The notes under the pieces were generated by a model that worked only from the letters and a program-made list of their open reading frames with translations, made no database searches and was not told the DNA's origin. Shown here piece by piece: positions 1 to 9,786 of a DNA stretch of 64,000 nucleotides (within the stretch, counting starts at the first letter, position 1; each line of letters opens with the position of its first letter). Source of the stretch: Lachnospiraceae bacterium (GTDB lineage: Bacteria > Bacillota > Clostridia > Lachnospirales > Lachnospiraceae). Both the position numbers and the translations under genes were made by a program. The stretch is from positions 16,764 to 80,763 of the forward strand of contig CAAGLJ010000076.1 in assembly GCA_900770785.1 (NCBI GenBank), in the 5' to 3' direction.

Positions 1-484
1 AACCAGAAGTGGTGACTTGGATCCTGCAGTTATTGAATTTATTGCTAAAAAAGAGAATAAATCCATTGATGAGGTGATGAAGATATTGAATAAAGAATCC
101 GGTGTATTAGGTTTATCTGGTGGATTCTCTTCTGACTTCAGAGATTTGGAGGAAGCTCGCACAAAGGGCGATGCAGCAGGCATAAGAGCTTTAGAGGCCT
201 TTGCTTACCGTGTGGCAAAATATATTGGCGCCTATATAGCTGCCATGGATGGTGTTGATGGAATCTGCTTCACCGCGGGAGTAGGTGAAAACAGTTCGCT
301 GGTTCGTTCCATGATTGTGGAAAAATATCTTACCTTCATCGGCATAAAACTGGATCAGGATGCAAACAATAAGCGGGGAGAGGATATCGTTATTTCTGCT
401 AATGAGCAGGGTCCCAAGGTTATGGTTATCCCTACCAACGAAGAATTGATGATTGCAAGAGATACCTATGCTTTAACAAAATAG
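1..484 (+). CDS. ackA: acetate kinase, C-terminal part. The 5' end of the gene lies upstream of the window.
   Basis: The translation carries the conserved C-terminal region of acetate/propionate kinases (GICFTAGVGENS, VIPTNEELMIARDT). The frame is open to the window edge, so the gene is truncated by the window. Confidence 0.85.
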   Translation, partial: TRSGDLDPAVIEFIAKKENKSIDEVMKILNKESGVLGLSGGFSSDFRDLEEARTKGDAAGIRALEAFAYRVAKYIGAYIAAMDGVDGICFTAGVGENSSLVRSMIVEKYLTFIGIKLDQDANNKRGEDIVISANEQGPKVMVIPTNEELMIARDTYALTK

Positions 485-562
485 AGCTTATAACAATTTG
501 TGGGTAACAGGGTAAATACTTTGTTACCCCATCATCATATTATAAGAGAAAAGGGTGAAACA

Positions 563-1060
563 ATGAATTTATCTCAGATTTTTAACCAGCAGCACAAAAG
601 AGAGGAAAGAGAACTGGAATTTCCGCTAAAATGCTTTGGTGATATGAAGGTAATACAGGCTTCCCCTTTATTTTTATCTATGGAAAATACAGGTAAAGGA
701 AAGGCCAAAATCAAAGGAAGCTGTGAGCTGATTTTCAGCATTCCCTGTGACCGGTGCCTTACGCCTGTGGAAACAAAGCTCCCTCTGGAATTTTCCAGAG
801 TGGTATACGCTCCGGATATGGATATACCCAAGGAGGAAGAAGACCAGCAATTTGTAGAGGAGTATGAGCTGAATCTGGAAAGGCTTCTTGAAGAGGAATT
901 ACAGCTTTTATGGCCAACGAAGACTCTTTGCAGTGAGGATTGTAAAGGAATCTGTATGAAGTGCGGACAGAACCGGAATGAAGGCAGCTGTGACTGTGAT
1001 GATTTTGTACCTGATATACGCTTTGCCAATTTGATGGATATTTTCAATGGAAAGAAATAG
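563..1060 (+). CDS. DUF177/YceD-family protein, the conserved partner gene upstream of rpmF
   Basis: Cys-rich C-terminus (CxxC ... CxC) typical of DUF177. The gene sits immediately upstream of rpmF-plsX, as in other Firmicutes. ATG at 563 with a GGGTGA Shine-Dalgarno. The ORF-track start at 500 is a GTG without an RBS. Confidence 0.7.
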   Translation: MNLSQIFNQQHKREERELEFPLKCFGDMKVIQASPLFLSMENTGKGKAKIKGSCELIFSIPCDRCLTPVETKLPLEFSRVVYAPDMDIPKEEEDQQFVEEYELNLERLLEEELQLLWPTKTLCSEDCKGICMKCGQNRNEGSCDCDDFVPDIRFANLMDIFNGKK

Positions 1061-1245
1061 CATAAGAGCTTTGCCTGCAAAGGCAGAATGTTAAAAAACT
1101 GTTGAAAAGCAGAAAAAAATATTGACAAAGTGGGAGACAGTATGTATAATAACTCAAGTGTGGTCATGTTATGTTCACATAAGTAAGAGTTTAAGAAAGT
1201 GTAGTACATTTTCTTCGAATAGAATTGTTGTAAGGAGGTGTAACG

Positions 1246-1425
1246 ATGTCTATTTGTCCTAAGAATAAATCTTCCAAATCCAGAAGAGATAAGAGAAGAG
1301 CAAACTGGAAAATGAGTGCTCCTACATTGGTTAAATGTAGTAAATGTGGTGCTTTAATGATGCCTCACCGGGTTTGTAAAAAATGTGGTTCTTACAACAA
1401 AAAAGAAATCATTGCAGTTGATTAA
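1246..1425 (+). CDS. rpmF: 50S ribosomal protein L32
   Basis: 59-aa product MSICPKNKSSKSRRDKRRANWK...CSKCG...CKKCG with the L32 zinc-ribbon Cys pairs. A perfect AGGAGG sits 8 nt upstream. The gene is below the ORF-track size cutoff. Confidence 0.85.
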   Translation: MSICPKNKSSKSRRDKRRANWKMSAPTLVKCSKCGALMMPHRVCKKCGSYNKKEIIAVD

Positions 1426-1445
1426 TTAAAAATGTTGGGAAATGA

Positions 1446-1528
1446 AGAGTCTTATGAAAATAAGGCTCTTATTTTTCGTATAAGATGTAAAATCCGGCGA
1501 TAAGCTTTACTTACGCCGGATTTTTATT
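1446..1528 (+). terminator. Two tandem rho-independent terminator hairpins after rpmF
   Basis: GAGTCTTAT..ATAAGGCTC hairpin followed by TTATTTTT (1446-1477). CCGGCG..CGCCGG hairpin followed by TTTTTATT (1493-1528). Confidence 0.6.
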
Positions 1529-1696
1529 ATGGTGGCCTGGCGGCCCACGCTTGTGGGAAAGATGAGGATGGAAGCAACGCGGGGTGGCCTGCATAAATGT
1601 ACTAAAAGTTAAGCCTTATCTTCCTCCATAAAAACTGCTTGATTTTTATAAAGTGGTTTAGTATATTAGGTTATAGAGTAAAAAAGGAAGAGAGAA

Positions 1697-2722
1697 GTGT
1701 CACAAATGGTAAAAGTAGCACTTGACGCAATGGGAGGGGATAATGCCCCCGGTGCCATTGTAAAAGGAGCCGTTGATGCACTTGCAGCAAGCAGTGACGT
1801 TAAGGTTTTTCTTGTGGGAAAGGAAGAGGTCATTAAGAAGGAGCTTTCCGTATACTCTTATGATAAGAACCGAATAGAAGTGGTGAATGCCAATGAGGTT
1901 ATTGAGATGGCTGAGCCTCCGGTGATGGCTATCCGTAAGAAAAAGGATTCCTCTATTGTGAAGGCCTTGCAGCTGGTTAAGGAAGGAAACTGTGATGCCT
2001 TTGTTTCTGCCGGAAGTTCCGGTGCAGTACTGGTAGGCGGACAGTTGATCGTAGGACGAATCAAAGGTGTGGAGAGACCGCCGCTGGCTCCCTTAATTCC
2101 TACCTTGAAAGGAGCTTCTCTTTTGGTAGACTGTGGTGCCAATGTGGATGCAAGACCTTCTCATCTGGTGCAGTTTGCAAAAATGGGTTCTGTATATATG
2201 GAAAATGTTTTGGGTATTGCTAATCCTAAGGTCGCCATTGTCAATATTGGTGCAGAAGAAGAAAAGGGCAATGCTTTGGTGAAAGAAACCTTCCCTTTAT
2301 TAAAGGAAGCACCCGGAATTAATTTTATTGGCAGCATTGAAGCCAGGGATATTCCCAAAGGATATGCGGATGTAATCGTCTGCGAGGCCTTTGTAGGAAA
2401 CGTGATTCTGAAGCTCTATGAAGGTGTTGGCGGAGCTCTTATTCAGACGGTAAAGCAGGGAATGATGACTTCCCTGAGAAGTAAGATAGGAGCCCTTCTG
2501 GTCAAGCCTGCCTTGAAGGAAAGCCTGAAAAGTTTCCAGCTGGAGGAGCATGGAGGAGCACCGCTTCTGGGGCTGAAGGGACTGGTAGTAAAGACTCATG
2601 GCAGTTCTGAAGCGATAGAGATTAAGAATACCATTTTACAGTGTCAGACGTTTAAGAATCAGAATATTAATGAAAAGATTAAAAATATCATCGCAAAGGA
2701 AGAAGAATCTTCTCAGGGATGA
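1697..2722 (+). CDS. plsX: phosphate acyltransferase PlsX
   Basis: The N-terminus VALDAMGGDNAP and the overall PlsX signature are present. Start is GTG 1697; an alternative ATG lies at 1706. Confidence 0.9.
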   Translation: MSQMVKVALDAMGGDNAPGAIVKGAVDALAASSDVKVFLVGKEEVIKKELSVYSYDKNRIEVVNANEVIEMAEPPVMAIRKKKDSSIVKALQLVKEGNCDAFVSAGSSGAVLVGGQLIVGRIKGVERPPLAPLIPTLKGASLLVDCGANVDARPSHLVQFAKMGSVYMENVLGIANPKVAIVNIGAEEEKGNALVKETFPLLKEAPGINFIGSIEARDIPKGYADVIVCEAFVGNVILKLYEGVGGALIQTVKQGMMTSLRSKIGALLVKPALKESLKSFQLEEHGGAPLLGLKGLVVKTHGSSEAIEIKNTILQCQTFKNQNINEKIKNIIAKEEESSQG

Positions 2723-2758
2723 AATATCCATAAATAATGGAAAGAAAGGAACAATACA

Positions 2759-2989
2759 ATGGAATTTGAAAAATTAAAAAAAGTAATTGCTGAGGTTTTA
2801 AGTGTGGATCCGGATGAGATTACCATGGAGTCTACCTTTGCAGACGATTTAGGAGCAGATTCTTTGGATGTTTTTCAGATCATTATGGGATTGGAAGAAG
2901 AATTTGACATTGAAATTTCACCGGAGAAAGCAGAGAATATTACTACGGTTGAAGAAGCAGTAGAATTGATTAAAGCTGCAATTAACTAG
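2759..2989 (+). CDS. acpP: acyl carrier protein
   Basis: 76 aa with the DSLD phosphopantetheine attachment motif ([13 protein letters not shown]). Confidence 0.9.
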   Translation: MEFEKLKKVIAEVLSVDPDEITMESTFADDLGADSLDVFQIIMGLEEEFDIEISPEKAENITTVEEAVELIKAAIN

Positions 2990-3005
2990 CTATAAGTAGC
3001 AATCG

Positions 3006-3028
3006 AAAGCCCGTTAAGGGCTTTTTCG
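3006..3028 (+). terminator. rho-independent terminator after acpP
   Basis: AAAGCCC-gttaa-GGGCTTT hairpin with a trailing T-run. Confidence 0.7.
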
Positions 3029-3087
3029 AGTTAAAGCCGGGTAGAAAATCATGATGGACAAAAGGGACAGAAGCATAAAGCTGCAGC

Positions 3088-3804
3088 ATGGAGGTTAGGA
3101 TGAGAACGGAGTATTCTCTTGAGGAATTGGAAAAACGAATTGGATATCGATTTGGGAAGAGGGAACTTTTAAAACAGGCATTGACCCATAGTTCTCATGC
3201 TAATGAACAAAAGATTAGAAAAAGTGGTGATTATGAGCGGCTGGAGTTTTTGGGGGATGCTGTGCTGGAGCTGTTAACCAGTGAGTACCTCTTTCATAAG
3301 CATCCCGAAATGCCGGAGGGAAAGTTGACCAGACTCCGGTCCTCCATCGTATGTGAACCGGCTCTGGCCCAGTGTGCAAAAACCATTGAGCTGGGTATGT
3401 TCATGCTTCTGGGAAAGGGAGAGGAGGCCACAGGAGGAAGACTGAGGGAATCCATTACCTCAGATGTTCTTGAGGCTCTGATTGGTGCGATTTATCTGGA
3501 TGGGGGCTTTGAAGCTGCCAGAGATTTTGCCAAACGTTTTATTTTGTCTGGCTCGGACAACCGTATTTTTTTCCATGACAGTAAGACGATTTTACAGGAA
3601 ATGATTCAGACAAAGCCTAATCAGCAGCTGGTATATAAGCTGCTGGAGGAAAAGGGACCGGATCACAATAAGGAATTTACGGTAGAGGCTTTATTGAATG
3701 ACAGCCGGGTAGGCTTTGGCAGGGGACGAACCAAAAAGTCGGCAGAGCAGCAGGCTGCTTATGAGGCTATTCTGCTGTTGAAGCAGCAGAAGGAATATCA
3801 ATAG
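3088..3804 (+). CDS. rnc: ribonuclease III
   Basis: RNase III signature ERLEFLGDAVLEL and a C-terminal dsRBD. Confidence 0.9.
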   Translation: MEVRMRTEYSLEELEKRIGYRFGKRELLKQALTHSSHANEQKIRKSGDYERLEFLGDAVLELLTSEYLFHKHPEMPEGKLTRLRSSIVCEPALAQCAKTIELGMFMLLGKGEEATGGRLRESITSDVLEALIGAIYLDGGFEAARDFAKRFILSGSDNRIFFHDSKTILQEMIQTKPNQQLVYKLLEEKGPDHNKEFTVEALLNDSRVGFGRGRTKKSAEQQAAYEAILLLKQQKEYQ

Positions 3805-3819
3805 AAATGGATTGGAAAA

Positions 3820-6800
3820 ATGTATTTAAAACGGATAGAGGTACAGGGATTTAAGTCCTTTGCAAATAAAATTACCTTTCAGTTTCATAATGGTATCACC
3901 GGAATTGTGGGTCCTAATGGAAGTGGAAAAAGTAACGTTGCGGATGCCGTTCGCTGGGTACTGGGTGAGCAGAGAATCAAACAGCTTCGCGGTGCTTCTA
4001 TGCAGGATGTTATCTTTTCTGGAACGGAAACCAGAAAACCTTTAAGCTACGCCTATGTGGCAATTACTCTGGATAACAGTGATCACCAGCTGGCAATAGA
4101 TTATGATGAGGTAACGGTTGCCAGACGTTTGTATCGTTCAGGAGAAAGTGAATATCTGATTAATGGTGCAGCCTGCCGGTTAAAGGATGTGAATGAGCTT
4201 TTTTACGATACGGGCATTGGTAAGGAAGGCTACTCCATCATTGGTCAGGGACAGATTGATAAGATTCTAAGTGGAAAGCCGGAGGAAAAAAGAGAACTTT
4301 TTGACGAGGCGGCAGGTATTGTCAAGTTTAAACGCCGTAAAGCAGCGGCACAGAAGAAGCTTGAAGATGAGAAACAGAATCTGATTCGTGTGAACGATAT
4401 TTTATCAGAACTGGAGAAGCAAACAGGGCCCCTGGAAAGGCAGTCAGAAAAAGCCAAAATCTATTTAAAGAAGAAAGAGGAACTGAAAACTCTGGATGTG
4501 AATATGTTTCTTTTGGAAAATATTCATATTAAGGAACAACTGGAAAAGGTAGAAAATTCTCTGCAAATTGCTTCTGAGGATTTGGAAGGTGCGAATTCGG
4601 CTTATGAAGGAATCAAAGAGGAGTACGACCAGATTCAGGGGAAAATAGAAGTTTTAGAAAAGGAGATTGATTGTACCAGAGAAAGTCTTACCGATACCAG
4701 CGTACTGAGAGGCAAGCTGGAAGGAGAAATTAAGGTTTTACAGGAGCAGATTCACTTTGCAAAATCGAATGAAGAACATCTGAAAAGCCGACGGAGTCAG
4801 GTGCAGTCTTCTCTTGAAGCAAAGGAAGAGGAACTTCAGGAAATTCTGAAGGTGAAAGAGGCCATTGATGCAGATGCTCTTCAGGCAGGAAAACGTAAGG
4901 AGGATGCCAGTGGGCAGCTGACGTTGCTGCAGGGACAGATTGAAACCATCAACAGTAATATAGAGGTGGGGAAAAATACGATTATCAATGCTCTTAACGA
5001 AAGGGCCACCATCAAATCCCAGATGGAAAGATACGATACCATGCTGGAACAGATGCAGATCCGCAGAGCAGAGCTGACCTCCAGACTGGTTTCTGTCAAA
5101 TCGGATGAGGAAAAGCAGGAACACCATATTCAGGATCTGGAAAAGGAATTTGAGTCCATTCAGGATAAAATAACAGCCTTAAACCATGCCCAGGCCAGGA
5201 AGGAAGAAGAACTGGATGGAATCAGAGAGGAACTGTCCGGGCAGGATCAGGCCCTCAGAGATACGCAGGTTCGCTACCATCAGGAAAAATCAAGACTGGA
5301 TGCACTGTCCAACCTGACAGAGCGATATGAAGGCTATGGCGGAAGCGTTAAGCGGGTAATGGAGCTTAAGGAGAAAGAGGATGGTATTATCGGCGTAGTT
5401 GCCGATATTATTAAGGTAGAGAAAAAATACGAGACGGCTATTGAAACGGCTCTGGGAGGAAATATCCAGAATATTGTTACTGAGGATGAAGATACGGCTA
5501 AGAAAATGATAGGCTTTCTCAAGGCGCACAAGGCTGGCCGGGCCACCTTTTTACCCCTGTCCAGTATTCAGCATCCCCAGGATTTTAAAACGCCCCAGGT
5601 ATTGAAGGAAAAGGGTGTTTTGGGTATGGCCAATGAACTGGTACAGATCGATTCCAGATATAAGAATGTTGCCAAAGCGATGTTAGGCAGAATCGTGGTG
5701 GTGGAACATGTGGATGATGCGGTGAAAATCGCCCGTAAATACAACTACGGAATTCGTATGGTAACTATTGAGGGTGAGCTTCTGGTACCCGGTGGTGCAA
5801 TCAGCGGCGGTGCCTTTAAGAACAACAGCAACCTGTTGGGAAGACGTCGTGAGATGGAGGAGCTTAATCAGAAGGTCAGGCAATATTTAAAGGATATTGA
5901 CCAGCTGCTAAACAGCATAGAAGAGACCAAAGAAAAAAGAAACAGGTACAGGCTGGAGCTGGAGCAGATTAAGGCTGATTTACAGGAGGAATTTATACAT
6001 CAGAATACTGCCCGTTTAAATGTTATTGCAGCGAGGAAAAAGCAGGAGGAAACCCAAAGCGGAGCGGGCTGCCTTATGGCAGAGGTTTCGGATATCGAAA
6101 AACAAATTACGGAGATTTCCGGCAATAAACAACAGATTCTAAAAGAACTGGAAGAATCTCAGCTGCTGGAGAAAAATGTGGAAGGCCAGATTGAAGAGTT
6201 TCAGCACCAGCTGGAAGAACTGCGTAAACAGGAATCGGAGCAGATGGCTCTTGTATCAGAGCAGGAGGTAGAAGTAGAAAAGATTTTCCAGCGCAAAGGC
6301 TTTGAACAGCAAAATCTGGATCGTGTAACCGGTGAAGTGGAAAACTTTCGCACAGAACTGGAAGAGATTATCCAGGCGCTGCAATCAGGTGAAGAAGAAA
6401 TTATCCGTAAAAATCAGTCTATTGCACAGATTAATGAGACCATTAGTGCTTCTCATACTTCCCAGTCAGATGGAGAGAGTCGTCTTAAGGATATGCTTTC
6501 CGAAAAGGAAGAACTTGGCAAAAAGCAGAAGAACTTTTTTGTTACCAGAGAGGAAATGGAAACGAAAATTACGGCTCTGGATAAAGAGGTTTATCGTCTG
6601 GGCAGCCAGAAGGAGCGCTATCAGGAGGCTATACAGACGCAGATTGATTATATGTGGAATGAGTATGAGATTACCCTCCATGATGCAGCTAATATGCGGG
6701 ATGAGAGCCTTACTGATCTGACGGTGATGAAACGGGATATAGGTGCCCTGAAGGATGCCATCAAAAAACTGGGGGATGTAAATGTAAATGCCATTGAAGA

Positions 6801-7380
6801 TTATAAGAATCTGATGGAGCGGTATAGCTTTTTAAAGACTCAGCATGACGATTTGGTGGAAGCTGAAAAAACGCTGCAGGGTATCGTGGAAGAGCTGGAT
6901 ACGGCAATGCGAAAGCAGTTTAAAGAAAAGTTTGGCCAGATATCTACCCAGTTTGATAAAGTCTTTAAGGAGCTTTTTGGCGGCGGCAAGGGAACTTTGG
7001 AGTTGATGGAGGATGAGGATATTCTGGAGGCAGGAATTCGCATCGTTGCCCAGCCTCCGGGAAAGAAGCTGCAGAACATGATGCAGATGTCTGGTGGAGA
7101 AAAGGCATTGACCGCAATAGCGCTTTTGTTTGCTATCCAGAACCTGAAGCCATCCCCCTTCTGTCTTCTGGATGAAATTGAAGCCGCACTGGATGAAAAT
7201 AATGTGGCAAGATATGCAAGGTATTTACATAAACTGACTAAGCACACACAGTTTATTGTGATTACACACAGAAGAGGAACCATGGAGAGGGCGGACCGAC
7301 TGTATGGGATTACCATGCAGGAAAAGGGGGTATCTACCCTGGTCAGTGTCAATCTGATTGAGGGAGAACTGGATAAATAG
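3820..7380 (+). CDS. smc: chromosome segregation protein SMC
   Basis: 1186 aa. N-terminal Walker A GPNGSGKSN, long coiled coils, hinge, and C-terminal signature LSGGEKALTAIALLFAI plus Walker B LLDEIEAALD. Confidence 0.95.
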   Translation: MYLKRIEVQGFKSFANKITFQFHNGITGIVGPNGSGKSNVADAVRWVLGEQRIKQLRGASMQDVIFSGTETRKPLSYAYVAITLDNSDHQLAIDYDEVTVARRLYRSGESEYLINGAACRLKDVNELFYDTGIGKEGYSIIGQGQIDKILSGKPEEKRELFDEAAGIVKFKRRKAAAQKKLEDEKQNLIRVNDILSELEKQTGPLERQSEKAKIYLKKKEELKTLDVNMFLLENIHIKEQLEKVENSLQIASEDLEGANSAYEGIKEEYDQIQGKIEVLEKEIDCTRESLTDTSVLRGKLEGEIKVLQEQIHFAKSNEEHLKSRRSQVQSSLEAKEEELQEILKVKEAIDADALQAGKRKEDASGQLTLLQGQIETINSNIEVGKNTIINALNERATIKSQMERYDTMLEQMQIRRAELTSRLVSVKSDEEKQEHHIQDLEKEFESIQDKITALNHAQARKEEELDGIREELSGQDQALRDTQVRYHQEKSRLDALSNLTERYEGYGGSVKRVMELKEKEDGIIGVVADIIKVEKKYETAIETALGGNIQNIVTEDEDTAKKMIGFLKAHKAGRATFLPLSSIQHPQDFKTPQVLKEKGVLGMANELVQIDSRYKNVAKAMLGRIVVVEHVDDAVKIARKYNYGIRMVTIEGELLVPGGAISGGAFKNNSNLLGRRREMEELNQKVRQYLKDIDQLLNSIEETKEKRNRYRLELEQIKADLQEEFIHQNTARLNVIAARKKQEETQSGAGCLMAEVSDIEKQITEISGNKQQILKELEESQLLEKNVEGQIEEFQHQLEELRKQESEQMALVSEQEVEVEKIFQRKGFEQQNLDRVTGEVENFRTELEEIIQALQSGEEEIIRKNQSIAQINETISASHTSQSDGESRLKDMLSEKEELGKKQKNFFVTREEMETKITALDKEVYRLGSQKERYQEAIQTQIDYMWNEYEITLHDAANMRDESLTDLTVMKRDIGALKDAIKKLGDVNVNAIEDYKNLMERYSFLKTQHDDLVEAEKTLQGIVEELDTAMRKQFKEKFGQISTQFDKVFKELFGGGKGTLELMEDEDILEAGIRIVAQPPGKKLQNMMQMSGGEKALTAIALLFAIQNLKPSPFCLLDEIEAALDENNVARYARYLHKLTKHTQFIVITHRRGTMERADRLYGITMQEKGVSTLVSVNLIEGELDK

Positions 7381-7426
7381 AGTATGAATAAGGTTCCTGT
7401 GATGGGAAAGCTGCGGGGGCAGCGGA

Positions 7427-8386
7427 ATGGAGACTAAGATGGAAAAAGAAGGATTTTTTGGCAGGCTGAAAAAAGGGCTTGCCAAAACCAGAGACAATAT
7501 TGTAAGAAGTATAGATGCAGTTTTTTATGATGCCTCCTGCATAGATGAGGACTTCTATGAGGAGCTGGAAGAAATTTTGATCATGGGGGATATCGGCATT
7601 AATGCTACCCAGGCAATTCTGGACAGGCTGCGGGTACAGATTAGAGAGAATCTGCTGACCCAACCCTCCCAGTGCAAGGAACTGTTGATCAATACCATAA
7701 AGGAGCAGATGCATGTAGAGGAAACTGCCTATGCCTTTGAGGAAGAACAGTCCATTGTCATGATTATCGGAGTAAACGGAGTGGGAAAGACCACTACGGT
7801 TGGAAAACTGGCTGCCAAATTAAAGGGGCAGGGGAAAAAGGTTCTGATTGCTGCGGCAGACACCTTTCGTGCTGCTGCGGGAGAGCAGCTGGAGGAATGG
7901 AGCCATCGTGCGGGAGTGGATATGATTGGCGGAACCGAAGGAGGAGACCCTGCCAGTGTGATTTATGATGCAGTAAGTGCAGCCAAAGCAAGAAAGGTGG
8001 ATGTACTGCTTTGTGATACGGCAGGAAGGCTGCACAATAAAAAGAATCTGATGGAAGAATTGAAAAAGATGAACCGTATCATTGACCGGGAATTTCCTGA
8101 TGCACACAGAGAAAATCTGGTAGTATTGGATGCTACCACAGGACAGAATGCCTTGAATCAGGCCCGGGAATTTGGGGCGGTGGCTGAGCTTACGGGAATC
8201 GTGCTTACAAAGATGGATGGGACGGCCAAGGGCGGAATTGCCATTGCTATTCAGTCAGAACTGGGAGTTCCCGTAAAATATATTGGTGTGGGAGAATCGA
8301 TTGAGGATTTACAGAAATTTAATTCAGACGAATTTGTAGATGCCTTATTTGATGTGCCAGGCTCAAGTCAAGAGGGTGAAAATTAA
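7427..8386 (+). CDS. ftsY: signal recognition particle receptor FtsY (short form)
   Basis: SRP-GTPase NG domain: GVNGVGKTTT, DTAGR, TKMDG. Confidence 0.9.
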   Translation: METKMEKEGFFGRLKKGLAKTRDNIVRSIDAVFYDASCIDEDFYEELEEILIMGDIGINATQAILDRLRVQIRENLLTQPSQCKELLINTIKEQMHVEETAYAFEEEQSIVMIIGVNGVGKTTTVGKLAAKLKGQGKKVLIAAADTFRAAAGEQLEEWSHRAGVDMIGGTEGGDPASVIYDAVSAAKARKVDVLLCDTAGRLHNKKNLMEELKKMNRIIDREFPDAHRENLVVLDATTGQNALNQAREFGAVAELTGIVLTKMDGTAKGGIAIAIQSELGVPVKYIGVGESIEDLQKFNSDEFVDALFDVPGSSQEGEN

Positions 8387-8408
8387 ACAGCAGAATGTGA
8401 GGAAAAAG

Positions 8409-9620
8409 ATGCTTACTCTGGAAAGATTTGAAGAAGCCACTGAGGTGGTCAAAAAGGTAACCCTGGAAACGAAACTGGTTTACAGCGATTACTTTAGCGA
8501 TACTACAGGAAACAGGGTTTATTTAAAACCGGAAAATATGCAGTTTACAGGGGCCTATAAGGTACGCGGGGCCTACTACAAGATGAGTACACTGACAGAA
8601 GAAGAGCGGCAGAGAGGAATTATTACCGCATCTGCCGGAAATCATGCTCAGGGAGTGGCCTATGCGGCAAAATGCTATGGAGTGAAGGCAATCATCGTTA
8701 TGCCTACTACCACTCCTTTGATGAAAGTGAACCGCACCAAAAGCTATGGTGCCCAGGTGGTTCTTTGTGGTGATGTCTATGATGAAGCCTGCGCCCATGC
8801 CTATGAGCTGGCTGAGAAAAATGGATATACCTTCATCCATCCCTTTGATGATGAGGCAGTGGCAACGGGGCAGGGAACCATTGCCATGGAAATTGTGAAG
8901 GAGCTTCCTCTGGTGGACTATATTCTTTGTCCCATCGGGGGAGGCGGACTGGCAACTGGAGTCTCCACTCTGGCAAAACTATTAAATTCCAAAATTAAGG
9001 TGATTGGTGTAGAGCCTGCTGGGGCCAATTGTATGGAGGAATCTCTGAAGCAGGGTAAAGTAACTACATTGTCGACGGTCAATACGATTGCTGACGGAAC
9101 CGCGGTAAAAACTCCGGGAAGTACTATTTTTCCGTATATACAAAAGAACCTGGATGGAATCATTACCGTAGAGGACAGCGAGCTGGTGGTAGCCTTTCTG
9201 GATATGGTGGAGAACCATAAAATGGTGGTGGAAAATTCCGGACTGCTGACCGTAGCCGCTTTAAAAAAGCTGGAGGTAAAGGGGAAAAAAGTAGTTTCTA
9301 TTCTAAGCGGAGGAAATATGGATGTAATTACCATGTCCTCTGTGGTTCAGCAGGGACTTATTTTAAGGGACAGAATCTTTACGGTTTCCGTATTGCTGCC
9401 TGATAAGCCGGGAGAACTCAGCCGGGTAGCCAGCGTGGTGGCACAGGAAAGCGGTAATGTAATCAAGCTGGAACACAATCAGTTTGTCAGCATAAACCGC
9501 AATGCGGCCGTAGAACTTCGTATTACACTGGAGGCCTTTGGTACTGAACATAAGCAGCAGATTATTAATTCTCTGGAAAAAGAGGGCTATCAGCCCAAGG
9601 TAGTGAGGACGAATATATAG
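8409..9620 (+). CDS. ilvA: threonine ammonia-lyase (threonine dehydratase) with a single C-terminal ACT domain
   Basis: PLP-fold motifs (FTGAYKVRGAY, SAGNHAQGVA, GGGGL) plus a C-terminal ACT domain. ATG at 8409 has a GAGG RBS. The ORF-track start at 8340 would overlap ftsY. Confidence 0.85.
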   Translation: MLTLERFEEATEVVKKVTLETKLVYSDYFSDTTGNRVYLKPENMQFTGAYKVRGAYYKMSTLTEEERQRGIITASAGNHAQGVAYAAKCYGVKAIIVMPTTTPLMKVNRTKSYGAQVVLCGDVYDEACAHAYELAEKNGYTFIHPFDDEAVATGQGTIAMEIVKELPLVDYILCPIGGGGLATGVSTLAKLLNSKIKVIGVEPAGANCMEESLKQGKVTTLSTVNTIADGTAVKTPGSTIFPYIQKNLDGIITVEDSELVVAFLDMVENHKMVVENSGLLTVAALKKLEVKGKKVVSILSGGNMDVITMSSVVQQGLILRDRIFTVSVLLPDKPGELSRVASVVAQESGNVIKLEHNQFVSINRNAAVELRITLEAFGTEHKQQIINSLEKEGYQPKVVRTNI

Positions 9621-9698
9621 CAATACTGAAAAAGCAAATTTTAGCTGACAAAAAACAAAACAGAACGACCAGCGTTGATTTACGGTTATATTTTTGAG

Positions 9699-9730
9699 GA
9701 ATCTGCCTAAAATATAGGCAGATTCTTTTT
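9699..9730 (+). terminator. rho-independent terminator after ilvA
   Basis: GAATCTGCCT-aaaatat-AGGCAGATTC hairpin followed by TTTTT. Confidence 0.75.
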
Positions 9731-9786
9731 GGCAAGAATAATATGGAAACCACTTATTTATTTGAGCAACGCGCATGAGGATTAAT

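Noticed and set aside
500-562. ORF-track start of the DUF177 gene at GTG 500 (and similar long N-terminal extensions for ilvA, ylxM, rimM, trmD and the DUF3048 protein)
   Set aside because: The upstream portions lack RBSs, overlap terminators or upstream genes, and are not conserved in the respective families. Internal ATG starts preceded by GGAGG-like RBSs were preferred.
1600-1640. FapR-like operator (GTACTAAAAGTTAAG) upstream of plsX
   Set aside because: It is only a partial resemblance to the FapR inverted repeat (half-sites ACTAA / TTAAG are not complementary). It is not convincing without a PWM scan.
6332-6721. Lys/Arg-rich 129-aa + strand ORF and numerous short antisense ORFs within smc, ffh, der, nrdD and other long genes in the ORF track
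   Set aside because: They are nested in alternative frames of well-supported conserved genes. They show no start-site signals and have arbitrary composition, so they are treated as spurious.
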